A DNA stretch of 64,000 bases from Thermoproteota archaeon. GTDB taxonomy: Archaea > Thermoproteota > Thermoprotei > Thermoproteales > Thermocladiaceae. The notes beneath the pieces are model-generated. The model had not been told where the DNA came from. It saw nothing but the letters and a program-made list of their open reading frames with translations, and did not search any database. The DNA is taken from positions 17,049 to 81,048 of the forward strand of contig JAADDN010000168.1 of the NCBI GenBank assembly GCA_013153895.1, read 5' to 3'. Below are positions 54,359 through 63,229 of this stretch, piece by piece (positions within the stretch are counted from its first letter, which is position 1; each line of letters begins with the position of its first letter). The position numbers and the translations under genes were made by a program.

Positions 54359-54977
54359 GGGATATTCTGGTCCTGGTATAGACTTATCATATCAATATGC
54401 TAGTAGTCTAGTCCAGAGATGTCTCAGTCTTCTCTCAAGTCTGGAGACTGGCAAGGTCATAGATGTCTCTACTATACTAGGAGAAGTGCGTATACTCCTC
54501 TCTAGGCTTAGATCTTCACTATTTATCTCTGATGTATATATTGGTAAGATGAGTGATACGAGGTTTGAATATATTATGAAGAAGCTTGAAGACCTTAACA
54601 ATAATATAAACATTGCACTGGAACACTTGGATAGAAAGGATATTCCATCACTTAGAGCAAAACTCTATGAGATAGATCGCGACTTATTACTATATTATCA
54701 AGCGCTCTCGCTTATAGGTAGACCAGCAGCGGCACGTAATGTAGACAGTGTGATTATAGGCATGGCAGAGCTCCCTGAGGAGACTGATAGAATGGTTCCA
54801 GAGTATGCTAAGCCTGTCCTAGCATATATACAGTCCAGGAAGAGGGTAACCATGAGAGAGCTTGTTAGAAGGTTTGGAAATGCTGTGATAGATATTTTAG
54901 AGGATCTTAAACGGCTAGGACTGATACGTTCTGGAGTAGATAAAAGGGGAGAGGTAATCTATCTCATACCCCAGTAA
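54324..54977 (+). CDS. Protein with a C-terminal winged-helix domain
   Basis: ATG one codon after the track TTG. VLAYIQSRKRVTMRELVRRFGNAVIDILEDLKRLGLIRSG. Confidence 0.7.
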   Translation: MPGEKKRKEESEGYSGPGIDLSYQYASSLVQRCLSLLSSLETGKVIDVSTILGEVRILLSRLRSSLFISDVYIGKMSDTRFEYIMKKLEDLNNNINIALEHLDRKDIPSLRAKLYEIDRDLLLYYQALSLIGRPAAARNVDSVIIGMAELPEETDRMVPEYAKPVLAYIQSRKRVTMRELVRRFGNAVIDILEDLKRLGLIRSGVDKRGEVIYLIPQ

Positions 54978-55330
54978 GCTCTTCCAAGCTTTCTTGCAAG
55001 AACCCTATTTATAGTCTCTGTCACTTTGTCTGGCATATTTATTGGGAGCTGTATCTCCTCTTCCATACTGTTCATAATACTGTTAAAAAGTTCCTCGACC
55101 TCGTTCCATACTCTATCAATCTTACGGTATATCCTGTCCATTATCCTGCTCATCTCCTCGAGCTGTATCTGCCTGAAAACCTCCTTCTTTATTTCCTCAA
55201 CAAGCTCCCTCTTCTCCTCAGGGCTCAGCTTCTTCAGCTTCTCTAGAAGCTCCCTATCCGTCGAGACTACTGTTACACGTGTATTACCATTCTTCTCTAC
55301 GATTTTTATTCCAAAAATGCTCGCATCCAT
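54959..55330 (-). CDS. Coiled-coil protein ending GRAYWGMR
   Basis: The track ORF starts at TTG 55372. I prefer the ATG at 55330 (MDASIFGIKIV...). Confidence 0.65.
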   Translation of the reverse strand: MDASIFGIKIVEKNGNTRVTVVSTDRELLEKLKKLSPEEKRELVEEIKKEVFRQIQLEEMSRIMDRIYRKIDRVWNEVEELFNSIMNSMEEEIQLPINMPDKVTETINRVLARKLGRAYWGMR

Positions 55331-55371
55331 ATATGAAACATCTTTTAACAGGAATATAATTATTTCCACCA

Positions 55372-55866
55372 ATGAGAACAGTAAGACTCATCTACCAGCA
55401 CACTACCATGTGCCCTTTCTGTGAATCAGCGAGCTATCTAATAGACATGTTTAAACGAGCAGGAATAGAAGTAGTAGAGGACATTCTAGACGCAGGAACA
55501 CGGAGACCAAGCATGAATATGGAAGTACTGAAAAGAAAGGGAATACCTGTAGGAGAAGGAACATGGGTACCATGCCTAATAGTAGAGTTCATAGAGAATG
55601 GAAAGACCGTGTATAGGCTAGTAATAAACATTGAAGAATATGTAGAATATGAAGGAAGGAAATATCCCTGCAGAATACCTTATACACATGCAGGAGCACT
55701 AGCAAGAGAGCTATTACAGACATATGGTAGAAACGCGATAGAGCTATTGGACAACATGTTTGGAGAAGACTGGAAGATAGGATTTCTCTGCTTGAGAAGA
55801 TATGAGGAGATTTTTAGAAAGATTATGAAAATAGTTTACAGCTGGGTCAGAGCTAGGAGAAGTTAA
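55372..55866 (+). CDS. Glutaredoxin/NrdH-like redoxin with a C-terminal extension
   Basis: VRLIYQHTTMCPFCESASYLIDMFKRAGIEV has the strand-CPxC-helix pattern. Confidence 0.6.
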   Translation: MRTVRLIYQHTTMCPFCESASYLIDMFKRAGIEVVEDILDAGTRRPSMNMEVLKRKGIPVGEGTWVPCLIVEFIENGKTVYRLVINIEEYVEYEGRKYPCRIPYTHAGALARELLQTYGRNAIELLDNMFGEDWKIGFLCLRRYEEIFRKIMKIVYSWVRARRS

Positions 55867-56530
55867 ACATTTTCCTGCTCTTTCTAGACATTATAGTACC
55901 TCTCTTAGCAACTATAGCTATAAGTATGAGCACTATAGCTACACCAAGTAGAATATATATGAACGGTATACCAAAGATGGCAACAGTCTTATAATTCACC
56001 TTAGCTGTTCCAGAACCATCAAATACTACTTCTCTACTAGATGAGATATACTTAACATCTCCACTTGTAGACACATTCTCAAGCTTATACATTCCAAACG
56101 GTGGAGAGTACGTAGCCTCTGGAAGCACCATACTTACAGGAGCATTGAAACATAGCTTCAGTGACTTATCTATTGTTAGACTGGTCTCAGTATTCTTGAG
56201 AAGCACGCCATGTATAGCTATGTTACTTGTAATGTTACCACAGTACGGTAGCTTAGATATATCTATTACAGTACTGTTAGCCTTAACCTCTACAACATAG
56301 AGTACACCGTTATATGTGAACGATATATTTACAGGATATGTAACAGGTATAGTCACGTTACCCTTCTCTATGCTTACAGTACCACACTTACCCTTCGCAC
56401 AGTAGTGCGCAGTCACATTTAGTAGCTTTGTCCCATATTTAAATGTTGCTTTCGTACATGCAGCATAGGCTGGGACTGTTATAGCTATTACAGCTATTAG
56501 GGACAGTAGAATCAGCAGACTTCTCCTCAT
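55853..56530 (-). CDS. Type I membrane glycoprotein
   Basis: Signal peptide MRRSLLILLSLIAVIAITVPAYA, several N-x-S/T sequons, C-terminal TM helix, and tail RKSRKMFNFS resembling the tail of 4803-7448. Confidence 0.8.
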   Translation of the reverse strand: MRRSLLILLSLIAVIAITVPAYAACTKATFKYGTKLLNVTAHYCAKGKCGTVSIEKGNVTIPVTYPVNISFTYNGVLYVVEVKANSTVIDISKLPYCGNITSNIAIHGVLLKNTETSLTIDKSLKLCFNAPVSMVLPEATYSPPFGMYKLENVSTSGDVKYISSSREVVFDGSGTAKVNYKTVAIFGIPFIYILLGVAIVLILIAIVAKRGTIMSRKSRKMFNFS

Positions 56531-56534
56531 AGTT

Positions 56535-57107
56535 TCACCTCTCCTTACTTTCTTCTAAAACTTTATTATCTTCAAACCTCCAGTACCTCATATATTTAGA
56601 AGCCATTATAGACGACGACTTTGTAGCCGCACCATGTTCTGAGTGAGATGATGTTCCTGTCTTTGTTTTTCTATGCATGTGTATGTAATATAATTCAAGA
56701 TTCTTCATCATTGCATAAATTATTGTAACAACCATGAATGCCACATCAGCTAGCAAAGCATAGTTCTGTGGGTAAGGTATCTTCCATGTAGTAAGTATCT
56801 GATAGAGCAGGTAGATACCGATAACAAGAAGTGCTCCACATATGATTACATCTCCTGCAAGGCTAGAAGGAGTAAAAGATATTGGTTTCTCTAGAGAACG
56901 CAGGTCATAATAGATGTCATACCCCACACGTACCAGACCACCAAAACATAGTATAAACAGTATTATCCACTTATAATCAAAAGCTGTCAACAGTTCAAAC
57001 ATTGATAGAGCCATACCATATATAGCTGCTAACAGTAGAGACACTAGTCCAAACATCTTCAACTCTACTGACATTATGCTCGACTTCTTTCCCATAGGTA
57101 CCTTCAT
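56535..57107 (-). CDS. Multi-pass membrane protein with a near-terminal KYMRYWRFED
   Basis: Hydrophobic helices followed by a soluble tail carrying the YW motif. Confidence 0.8.
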   Translation of the reverse strand: MKVPMGKKSSIMSVELKMFGLVSLLLAAIYGMALSMFELLTAFDYKWIILFILCFGGLVRVGYDIYYDLRSLEKPISFTPSSLAGDVIICGALLVIGIYLLYQILTTWKIPYPQNYALLADVAFMVVTIIYAMMKNLELYYIHMHRKTKTGTSSHSEHGAATKSSSIMASKYMRYWRFEDNKVLEESKER

Positions 57108-57147
57108 TGGCTATAAGATTTAAAAATTATTTGTATGGACTAGACAT

Positions 57148-57597
57148 GTGAGCACTTTTCTGACATATGTAAAAGACTATCTTAACAAGCTTACTTTCAA
57201 CCTAAAGAACATTCCTGGAAGCGAGATATTTAACGATTTCATAACATCATGCATAACAACAGACCAGCAGCTTACAACAGTACGTAGAAGCGAGATAAAA
57301 CAGTTCTACCGTTGCATACGTAGGAACGTTGATCTAGGAAGCAGATTGTTCGATACTGCAGTATCATCATGCTTATCATCATGGTACAGGACACATGACT
57401 TCAACAAGTTCACAGCATGCGTACTTGACCGTGTTGGGAGGCACCCTATATCTAACATAGTTAAAATATGTGCAGAATCACTTCCAGAGGATGAGAAGCT
57501 TCCATACGCATTGACAATGTGTGTATATGGTGGTATAGAACTGTTTAACAGTGCAGTAAATAGACTATATAAGGACCTTAAGAAGATAGTCAAGTGA
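57148..57597 (+). CDS. Paralog of 10051-10515 (P0 family)
   Basis: GTG start. See the P0 motifs above. Confidence 0.7.
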   Translation: MSTFLTYVKDYLNKLTFNLKNIPGSEIFNDFITSCITTDQQLTTVRRSEIKQFYRCIRRNVDLGSRLFDTAVSSCLSSWYRTHDFNKFTACVLDRVGRHPISNIVKICAESLPEDEKLPYALTMCVYGGIELFNSAVNRLYKDLKKIVK

Positions 57598-57958
57598 CTG
57601 GTCCATTAACATGTTTAACAGGTATAGCAATCCTATAACCATGAACGATAATATATACTCTCCTACACTGTTTAACAATTAGATCACAATAATGGATATT
57701 ATATCCATTTAATGATATGTTAGTAACAGTGTTATCGCATCCAATTCCAGATATGTTCAACATATTGTTTGAATGAATAATAATGCATATATATGTACTA
57801 TTCTCTAATGCTACTGCGTATGTTATTCCTACAACTCTCGGGTTCATATATCTTACAGGTGGAGGGGCAACATAGGTGAATGCGCATATTAGTACATAGA
57901 TGGTGAAGAGTGCAATAACAAATATGAATAGTATAGTAAGATCCTTCCAGAGATCCAT
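57590..57958 (-). CDS. Single-TM (N-terminal anchor) protein
   Basis: ATG start. LTILFIFVIALFTIYVLICAF. Confidence 0.7.
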   Translation of the reverse strand: MDLWKDLTILFIFVIALFTIYVLICAFTYVAPPPVRYMNPRVVGITYAVALENSTYICIIIHSNNMLNISGIGCDNTVTNISLNGYNIHYCDLIVKQCRRVYIIVHGYRIAIPVKHVNGPVT

Positions 57959-57982
57959 GATCTCTTCTTCATATTAGGTATA

Positions 57983-58516
57983 TTAGAGACGGAGCGTCCA
58001 GTACCTATTAGATCTTACCGTGATATTGCTTCTCCTTAATTTCTCTACTATTAGCGCAATAATATTGTTGATCATATGCATTGCTACAGGTACAATATAT
58101 GACAATACTATGGATATCTTAAACAGTAATATACATGGTATGGAATAGATGAATGCAGATATAATATAGTGACCAAAGACTAGAGCCATTGGCTCGTTAC
58201 TATATAATGATTTTATTGTACCATAGTGAGCAATTACCCACATAATATTCATAAGAATGAGAGGAATAATACATCCAGTAATATAGTAGATTACTGTTGG
58301 CAGATATCTGAAAATGAATTCCTCTACTATAGGAGCACCAAGAGCAACATAGATGATCTCACTCCAAGTATCTAACACTGCTGGTAGAGTCGACTTTGTG
58401 GTAGGGTTGAGAATGCGTAGATACGCGCACTCAGAGATAATATATACCCTGCTTGAGAAGACTGCTGTAATCATAGAGATAGCATATAGTACTATTATTA
58501 AGACTAGGAGCATCAT
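57983..58516 (-). CDS. CPBP-family (CAAX/Abi-type) intramembrane protease ending RSNRYWTLRL
   Basis: EEFIFR (EExxxR), WVIAH (FxxxH-like) and HMINN (HxxxN), in that order, within hydrophobic helices. I prefer the ATG at 58516 over the track GTG at 58555. Confidence 0.75.
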   Translation of the reverse strand: MMLLVLIIVLYAISMITAVFSSRVYIISECAYLRILNPTTKSTLPAVLDTWSEIIYVALGAPIVEEFIFRYLPTVIYYITGCIIPLILMNIMWVIAHYGTIKSLYSNEPMALVFGHYIISAFIYSIPCILLFKISIVLSYIVPVAMHMINNIIALIVEKLRRSNITVRSNRYWTLRL

Positions 58517-58517
58517 C

Positions 58518-58940
58518 TTACCCACCTCTCTTTTCTTTTTCCTTTTCACTCTCACTTTTAATATCAGGCTCGACCTCTATACCCATCATCTCTCTCAGCG
58601 CCTCCGCAACATATGGAGTGATAAGCTCTCTACTGCTCAACACGATCGTGCTAGGACCAGAACCAGTAGAACCTTCAGATTTTTCCTGTCCTGCTAGTTC
58701 AGGTACCAGATTTCTAGGAGGTATCAGGAGAGGAATATCAACATAGAGCGAGGGATCGATAATAGCAAGCTTCTGAGGATCGATCCTAATAGTAGCATAC
58801 CTACAGTCATATACTATAGGACGAAGCTGAACAACAGACTGTCTCTGTATCTGCTCCTCCTCTCTTCTCCTCTTAAAAGAGAGCTCTACAATCTTCTCTA
58901 TTAGCCTGCTAATAGCCTCTACAAATATTAGAAAGCTCAT
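58518..58940 (-). CDS. Hypothetical protein
   Basis: ATGA coupling to the upstream gene. 140 aa. Confidence 0.7.
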   Translation of the reverse strand: MSFLIFVEAISRLIEKIVELSFKRRREEEQIQRQSVVQLRPIVYDCRYATIRIDPQKLAIIDPSLYVDIPLLIPPRNLVPELAGQEKSEGSTGSGPSTIVLSSRELITPYVAEALREMMGIEVEPDIKSESEKEKEKRGG

Positions 58941-59188
58941 GTTTTAACAATCTCAAAAATCTTTTTAAGACACTCAAGAACCATTCTTCCACGATCGGTC
59001 AAGCGTAGAATCCTCCTATGATTATATGCTAGTTCCTCTGCCAGACCAGCCTCTCTCAATATCTTCTTTATCCTCCTCATGCTACGTGTATCCAGTCTAC
59101 ATTCATATGCCAGCTCAGTCACAGTCTTCTCCTCTCTCTCAAGCTCCTCTAACACGCATAGAAGCATCTCATGTATGCACCGTCTCAC
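58937..59188 (-). CDS. Winged-helix (ArsR-like) transcription regulator
   Basis: LLCVLEELEREEKTVTELAYECRLDTRSMRRIKKILREAGLAEE...RILRLTDRG. GTG start overlaps the upstream stop. Confidence 0.7.
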   Translation of the reverse strand: MRRCIHEMLLCVLEELEREEKTVTELAYECRLDTRSMRRIKKILREAGLAEELAYNHRRILRLTDRGRMVLECLKKIFEIVKT

Positions 59189-59553
59189 ATGTGATCTACT
59201 TTTCCTATTCTTCTAAACACGTCTCTTACATTACCATACTCATCAACAAACAGTATAGTATAACCATGATACTTATTAACAATATACTTAGCAACATCAT
59301 CACAACTATTACCAACAGCAACAATCCTAGAACCATAAACATATAGAAACATTGTACACACAGGCTCATACAGTGTAGAACGAGAGGAACAGTATACTGG
59401 TCTGAAAAACACCATCTTAACAATTCTTATATCACAATCATCAGAACATTCCAACATGGTTTTAACACGTATACTAACATTCCTACACTTACACCCATAC
59501 TCATAGATACTAACAATGAAATTATACTCTCGAGGAAGCTCTACCAGAGACAT
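59185..59553 (-). CDS. Hypothetical Cys-rich protein
   Basis: ATG start, 122 aa. Confidence 0.7.
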   Translation of the reverse strand: MSLVELPREYNFIVSIYEYGCKCRNVSIRVKTMLECSDDCDIRIVKMVFFRPVYCSSRSTLYEPVCTMFLYVYGSRIVAVGNSCDDVAKYIVNKYHGYTILFVDEYGNVRDVFRRIGKVDHM

Positions 59554-59599
59554 GGAGATAGAATAGAGTAGAGAAATTTAAAGGAGACAGATAAAATAA

Positions 59600-59902
59600 C
59601 TAATATACAAGACAGACCTTAAATACTCTACTAATAAAATTATTATAATATTCTAGAAAAGAAATATCAAAACATGAACGTTTTATAATATTTAAAACAT
59701 TTAGAACAGCATTACTATTAAGACCGTTCGATCTTATAATCCTAATAATCTTATCAATATTTACATGGTTTTTAAAGTCCTCTGTAAACATGATAATTAG
59801 CCTATCTCTTTCCTGTATTATCTCCAGCTCAGTACTTATCTTCCTCTCATATTCTTCTTTCACTATCTTTCCATTCTCAATAACTAGTTTATAGATCTTC
59901 AT
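59600..59902 (-). CDS. Hypothetical protein
   Basis: ATG start overlaps the stop of the small upstream ORF (ATGA). Confidence 0.7.
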   Translation of the reverse strand: MKIYKLVIENGKIVKEEYERKISTELEIIQERDRLIIMFTEDFKNHVNIDKIIRIIRSNGLNSNAVLNVLNIIKRSCFDISFLEYYNNFISRVFKVCLVY

Positions 59903-60051
59903 CTCTTCCAGTCTAATAGTGCAAGTGCTATTCCTGTTATTGCGGATATTATTATGAGATAGGCTATGTTTCCTGTAAGTGCAGATACAGCTACTGCCGC
60001 TGTCACTCCTCCTGCTAGTGTTCCTATCTTTATCTTTATTCTGCTTCTCAT
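59899..60051 (-). CDS. Possible 50-aa two-helix hydrophobic protein
   Basis: Not in the track. MRSRIKIKIGTLAGGVTAAVAVSALTGNIAYLIIISAITGIALALLDWKR. Its TGA overlaps the ATG of 59600-59902. Confidence 0.5.
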   Translation of the reverse strand: MRSRIKIKIGTLAGGVTAAVAVSALTGNIAYLIIISAITGIALALLDWKR

Positions 60052-60127
60052 GATTGATATAATGTATAGTTGATTAATAGTTGGACCGTAATGAAAGATA
60101 AAAAAGATCTAGAGGAATCTACTATCT

Positions 60128-60418
60128 ATGAGTGAGGAAGAGAAGATTGGTCCTAGGATTGGTCCTAGACTGCTTATATATCTTGTGGCTGTTATAGTGC
60201 TGATAATAATAGCGTATAAGTATGGTTATCTATGGGTATTAGAGGGGTATGGTGCTGGTTGGGTAACAATAGCTCTCTGTGTTGTAGGTATAGTAGCATT
60301 ATTATCTACCTATATTTTTATAAACATTAAGACGCATGGCGAGCTGGCAACAGTTGCAAAGTATAGAAAGTATTGGTCATATAGAGAGGATAGTGAGAAG
60401 AGAAAGAGGAGAAGATAG
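60128..60418 (+). CDS. 2-TM membrane protein with a KYRKYWSYRE tail
   Basis: Two hydrophobic helices, then the YW motif and a basic end. Confidence 0.8.
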   Translation: MSEEEKIGPRIGPRLLIYLVAVIVLIIIAYKYGYLWVLEGYGAGWVTIALCVVGIVALLSTYIFINIKTHGELATVAKYRKYWSYREDSEKRKRRR

Positions 60419-60451
60419 TTCGGATATATATCTCGTCATGTATTTACTATT

Positions 60452-60940
60452 ATGGATAAGAGAGTAAAAATACTTGTATCAGTACTTGACCTATTATATT
60501 CACTATTCATTATATATGTTCTATATCTTACTAGTCTATACGCTATAAATCATGTAACGCTTACAAGACTAATAAAGTATTTTATCATTTATACAGTACT
60601 AACATTAGTATTTGGATGGAGAACAGGAACGGTTTTTAGTAGCATGTTATCTATATTTGGTGTATATTATATGACTAAACTGTTAAACTATGTTGCAGGA
60701 TATTATAGTGTTATTGGTTCAGTAATATTTTTCTCTCTAATAGTCATATATTTCTCAGTAAAGTATAGAAATGAGATTCTCAATGGAAAGTCGCTGGTTG
60801 TTAGAGGAGTCCTATTAATATTGTATGCAGTTATTGTTGAAGGTTTGCTTTATAGATCTCCTATAGGTCTCTCATTATTTATCGGGATAGGCGTGTTCAT
60901 GATCTTTCTCCGTCTCTTCATGGAGATAGACCAGCTTTAA
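60452..60940 (+). CDS. Multi-pass membrane protein
   Basis: ATG start, hydrophobic throughout. Confidence 0.75.
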   Translation: MDKRVKILVSVLDLLYSLFIIYVLYLTSLYAINHVTLTRLIKYFIIYTVLTLVFGWRTGTVFSSMLSIFGVYYMTKLLNYVAGYYSVIGSVIFFSLIVIYFSVKYRNEILNGKSLVVRGVLLILYAVIVEGLLYRSPIGLSLFIGIGVFMIFLRLFMEIDQL

Positions 60941-60964
60941 AACCTAGATCATCATATATATCTA

Positions 60965-61807
60965 ATGTTTATTGATTTAACAGGTATCGAGCTCAAGATT
61001 CCAGTCTTTGCCAGCTCTCTTCCATGCTCTGTCTATTATCCCTATGTTCTCACTCATGTTAACTCTATTGATCGTGAATATAGGTACATGATTAAGGCTA
61101 GGCTGATCATATTAGATATTAATGTTCATAGATTCACAAGAATAGGAGACTATCCTATAAGAGAGCTAGCACGGTACTACTATACTGCTAGAAGCCTTGC
61201 TAGAAGACTGGGGGAGAGGCTGATTATCGTGCTTCCTGATCTTCCATGGGATGACTATTTTAGAGGAACTAGATACATAGATAATATACGTAGAACATAT
61301 ACATACCATTACGCATTGATTAGCAGAATAGTTGAAATATGTAGGAAATACGGTTCAAAGATGATGCCAGTAATACAGCATAGACATAGTCTAGATACGG
61401 TAACAAGATCATCACTCTATGTCCTGGACATAGCTGAGAGATATAGAGACTATATATATGGTATAGGAATAGGAAGCCTCTGCGTATCTAGAAGCATTAG
61501 AAAGATAGTCAACATAGTTAACACTGTTAGATGGGTACTAGGATATGACTATAGACTACATCTCTTCGGAGTATCTATACGCGTGCTCGACCATGTTAAA
61601 GACAGGATAAGTATAGATAGTACAGGCTGGACAAGACCAGTAGATGAAGCAACATGGAGAACAGTAGAAGGAAAGAGAAGATCGTGCACAAGCGAGAGAG
61701 CGAGAACAGTATATTTCCTACTATGGATAAGAAAGATACTTGAGAAGCTTGGACAGGATGTAGATATTGTCGATAAATATATTAATATGATAATAAAAAG
61801 ATTTTAA
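60965..61807 (+). CDS. Minimal tRNA-guanine transglycosylase superfamily protein (DpdA-like candidate)
   Basis: The ordered motifs KIPVFASS, LIILD, VLPDLPW, MPVIQHRH, YGIGIGSL, RLHLFGVS and SIDSTGWTRP parallel ArcTGT motifs TPAIMPV, DSGSFQ, LDIPTP, ATIQGS, PIGGV, VHLFGAG and LFDSASY. There is no CxCxxC zinc motif and no PUA domain. Confidence 0.6.
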   Translation: MFIDLTGIELKIPVFASSLPCSVYYPYVLTHVNSIDREYRYMIKARLIILDINVHRFTRIGDYPIRELARYYYTARSLARRLGERLIIVLPDLPWDDYFRGTRYIDNIRRTYTYHYALISRIVEICRKYGSKMMPVIQHRHSLDTVTRSSLYVLDIAERYRDYIYGIGIGSLCVSRSIRKIVNIVNTVRWVLGYDYRLHLFGVSIRVLDHVKDRISIDSTGWTRPVDEATWRTVEGKRRSCTSERARTVYFLLWIRKILEKLGQDVDIVDKYINMIIKRF

Positions 61808-61839
61808 AATTATAGAAAATAAAAGTTAGAGAGAAGAGC

Positions 61840-62487
61840 CTAAATTATTAATTCTCTAATCTTTTTAACAGATTCCTCAGCTATTTTTCTTAACTCTTCT
61901 TCACTTATGTCTTCAATCATGCTTAATATTTCTATTATTTTTCTGATTATTCTATCCTTCTTATAGTATAGGATATCATATAATAGGTCCATATTTTTAG
62001 TATTGATAATTTTTTCAAATACTCTCTGAGGCAATGGTATTGATATTATTGTATACTTTTCCTCATATGTATGTATGTGATCTATAGGTGACTGATATGA
62101 TAATGGTTTGAAATAGGTTCCATATATAATATCTTTTCTCAGACCTGATGCATGTGTGTTCTCTATCATGATCTCTGCTTTAAACGGTCTCTTAGAATAA
62201 TAGCAAATTATCCAGCTACTGTATCTCCATTTTTCGTCAATCATCATATATGGTTTTGTTCTATGGTCTTGATCTTCATCATGTTCCTCAGAAACTTTAA
62301 TGCTGTTAGGTATAGTTTCATGTCTTGTAAATATGTCCCATGCTTTTATTTTCGCTCTTCTGTTATCTTCAGAATGTGAGTAGTATACAAGTGTTCTTGT
62401 ATCATATTCATCATATTCATACTCTCTTTCTACTTCCCATATTTCATAGTCTTTTTCCTTAATAAATACTGTCCATATTATAGTCAT
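61840..62487 (-). CDS. Hypothetical protein
   Basis: ATG start, 215 aa. Confidence 0.75.
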   Translation of the reverse strand: MTIIWTVFIKEKDYEIWEVEREYEYDEYDTRTLVYYSHSEDNRRAKIKAWDIFTRHETIPNSIKVSEEHDEDQDHRTKPYMMIDEKWRYSSWIICYYSKRPFKAEIMIENTHASGLRKDIIYGTYFKPLSYQSPIDHIHTYEEKYTIISIPLPQRVFEKIINTKNMDLLYDILYYKKDRIIRKIIEILSMIEDISEEELRKIAEESVKKIRELII

Positions 62488-62543
62488 AGCATATATGTGC
62501 TTTATCTTACATATATTTTCTATATCGTTTATAGTTTTTTAAT

Positions 62544-62900
62544 ATGGTACTGTTTATTAGTTTTCTCATGGTTCTCTATGTTATGGATGTTGGAGATGTT
62601 CTAGATATTGTTGAGAGGACTAGTATGGAGCTGTTTATGAGGAAGCTTACTGAACGGTTGTCTAAAATGTGTAGGAGTGTTAGTATTGTTGGTACAGAAG
62701 TTATAGGTGATGACTGTATAACCTGTAGTGACCTGCGTAGGCTTGGGGGCGAGTCGTTTAAGGCTGATGCAATGTTTGTAGAGGAGGATTATTATCCAGA
62801 TATTGTTAATATTCGTACAAGATTTATAGGGAAGATAAAAGTTGAAAAGGGAGAGAACATGTTTATGATAGGTATAGAGTTTCCAGGTGAGAGGATATGA
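62544..62900 (+). CDS. Right-cassette P1' protein
   Basis: First gene of the right cassette. The start is uncertain: ATGs at 62544, 62568 and 62583, with GTTTATAGTT only about 10 nt upstream of the first. Confidence 0.65.
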   Translation: MVLFISFLMVLYVMDVGDVLDIVERTSMELFMRKLTERLSKMCRSVSIVGTEVIGDDCITCSDLRRLGGESFKADAMFVEEDYYPDIVNIRTRFIGKIKVEKGENMFMIGIEFPGERI

Positions 62901-63229
62901 ACTGTAATGTTCTTAGGACTCTTGCTGAGAAGCTGAGTGGAAAATTTTTCGAGAATGAGAGTGCATGTGTTGTATATTTTGACCGTCCTGTGAGGGCTAG
63001 GGCTGTTGTTGATTTTGATAGTGTTTCATATAGGGTTAATAATATTTTTCTTGAAGATGTTGATAATGTTTCTATTAATTCTGATATAATGTACATGTTT
63101 ATGACTGATGTGGAGGCTAAGGAATATGGTATAGCTGTTACTAGTGATAGAGTAGATATATATAGGGTCAGCGGTAATGTTCGTAGGATCGTAATTGATA
63201 AGAGGATTGGAAAGATGTATATGTTATGA
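62897..63229 (+). CDS. Right-cassette P2' (paralog of 9420-9755)
   Basis: ATGA coupling and the shared N-terminal motif. Confidence 0.8.
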   Translation: MNCNVLRTLAEKLSGKFFENESACVVYFDRPVRARAVVDFDSVSYRVNNIFLEDVDNVSINSDIMYMFMTDVEAKEYGIAVTSDRVDIYRVSGNVRRIVIDKRIGKMYML

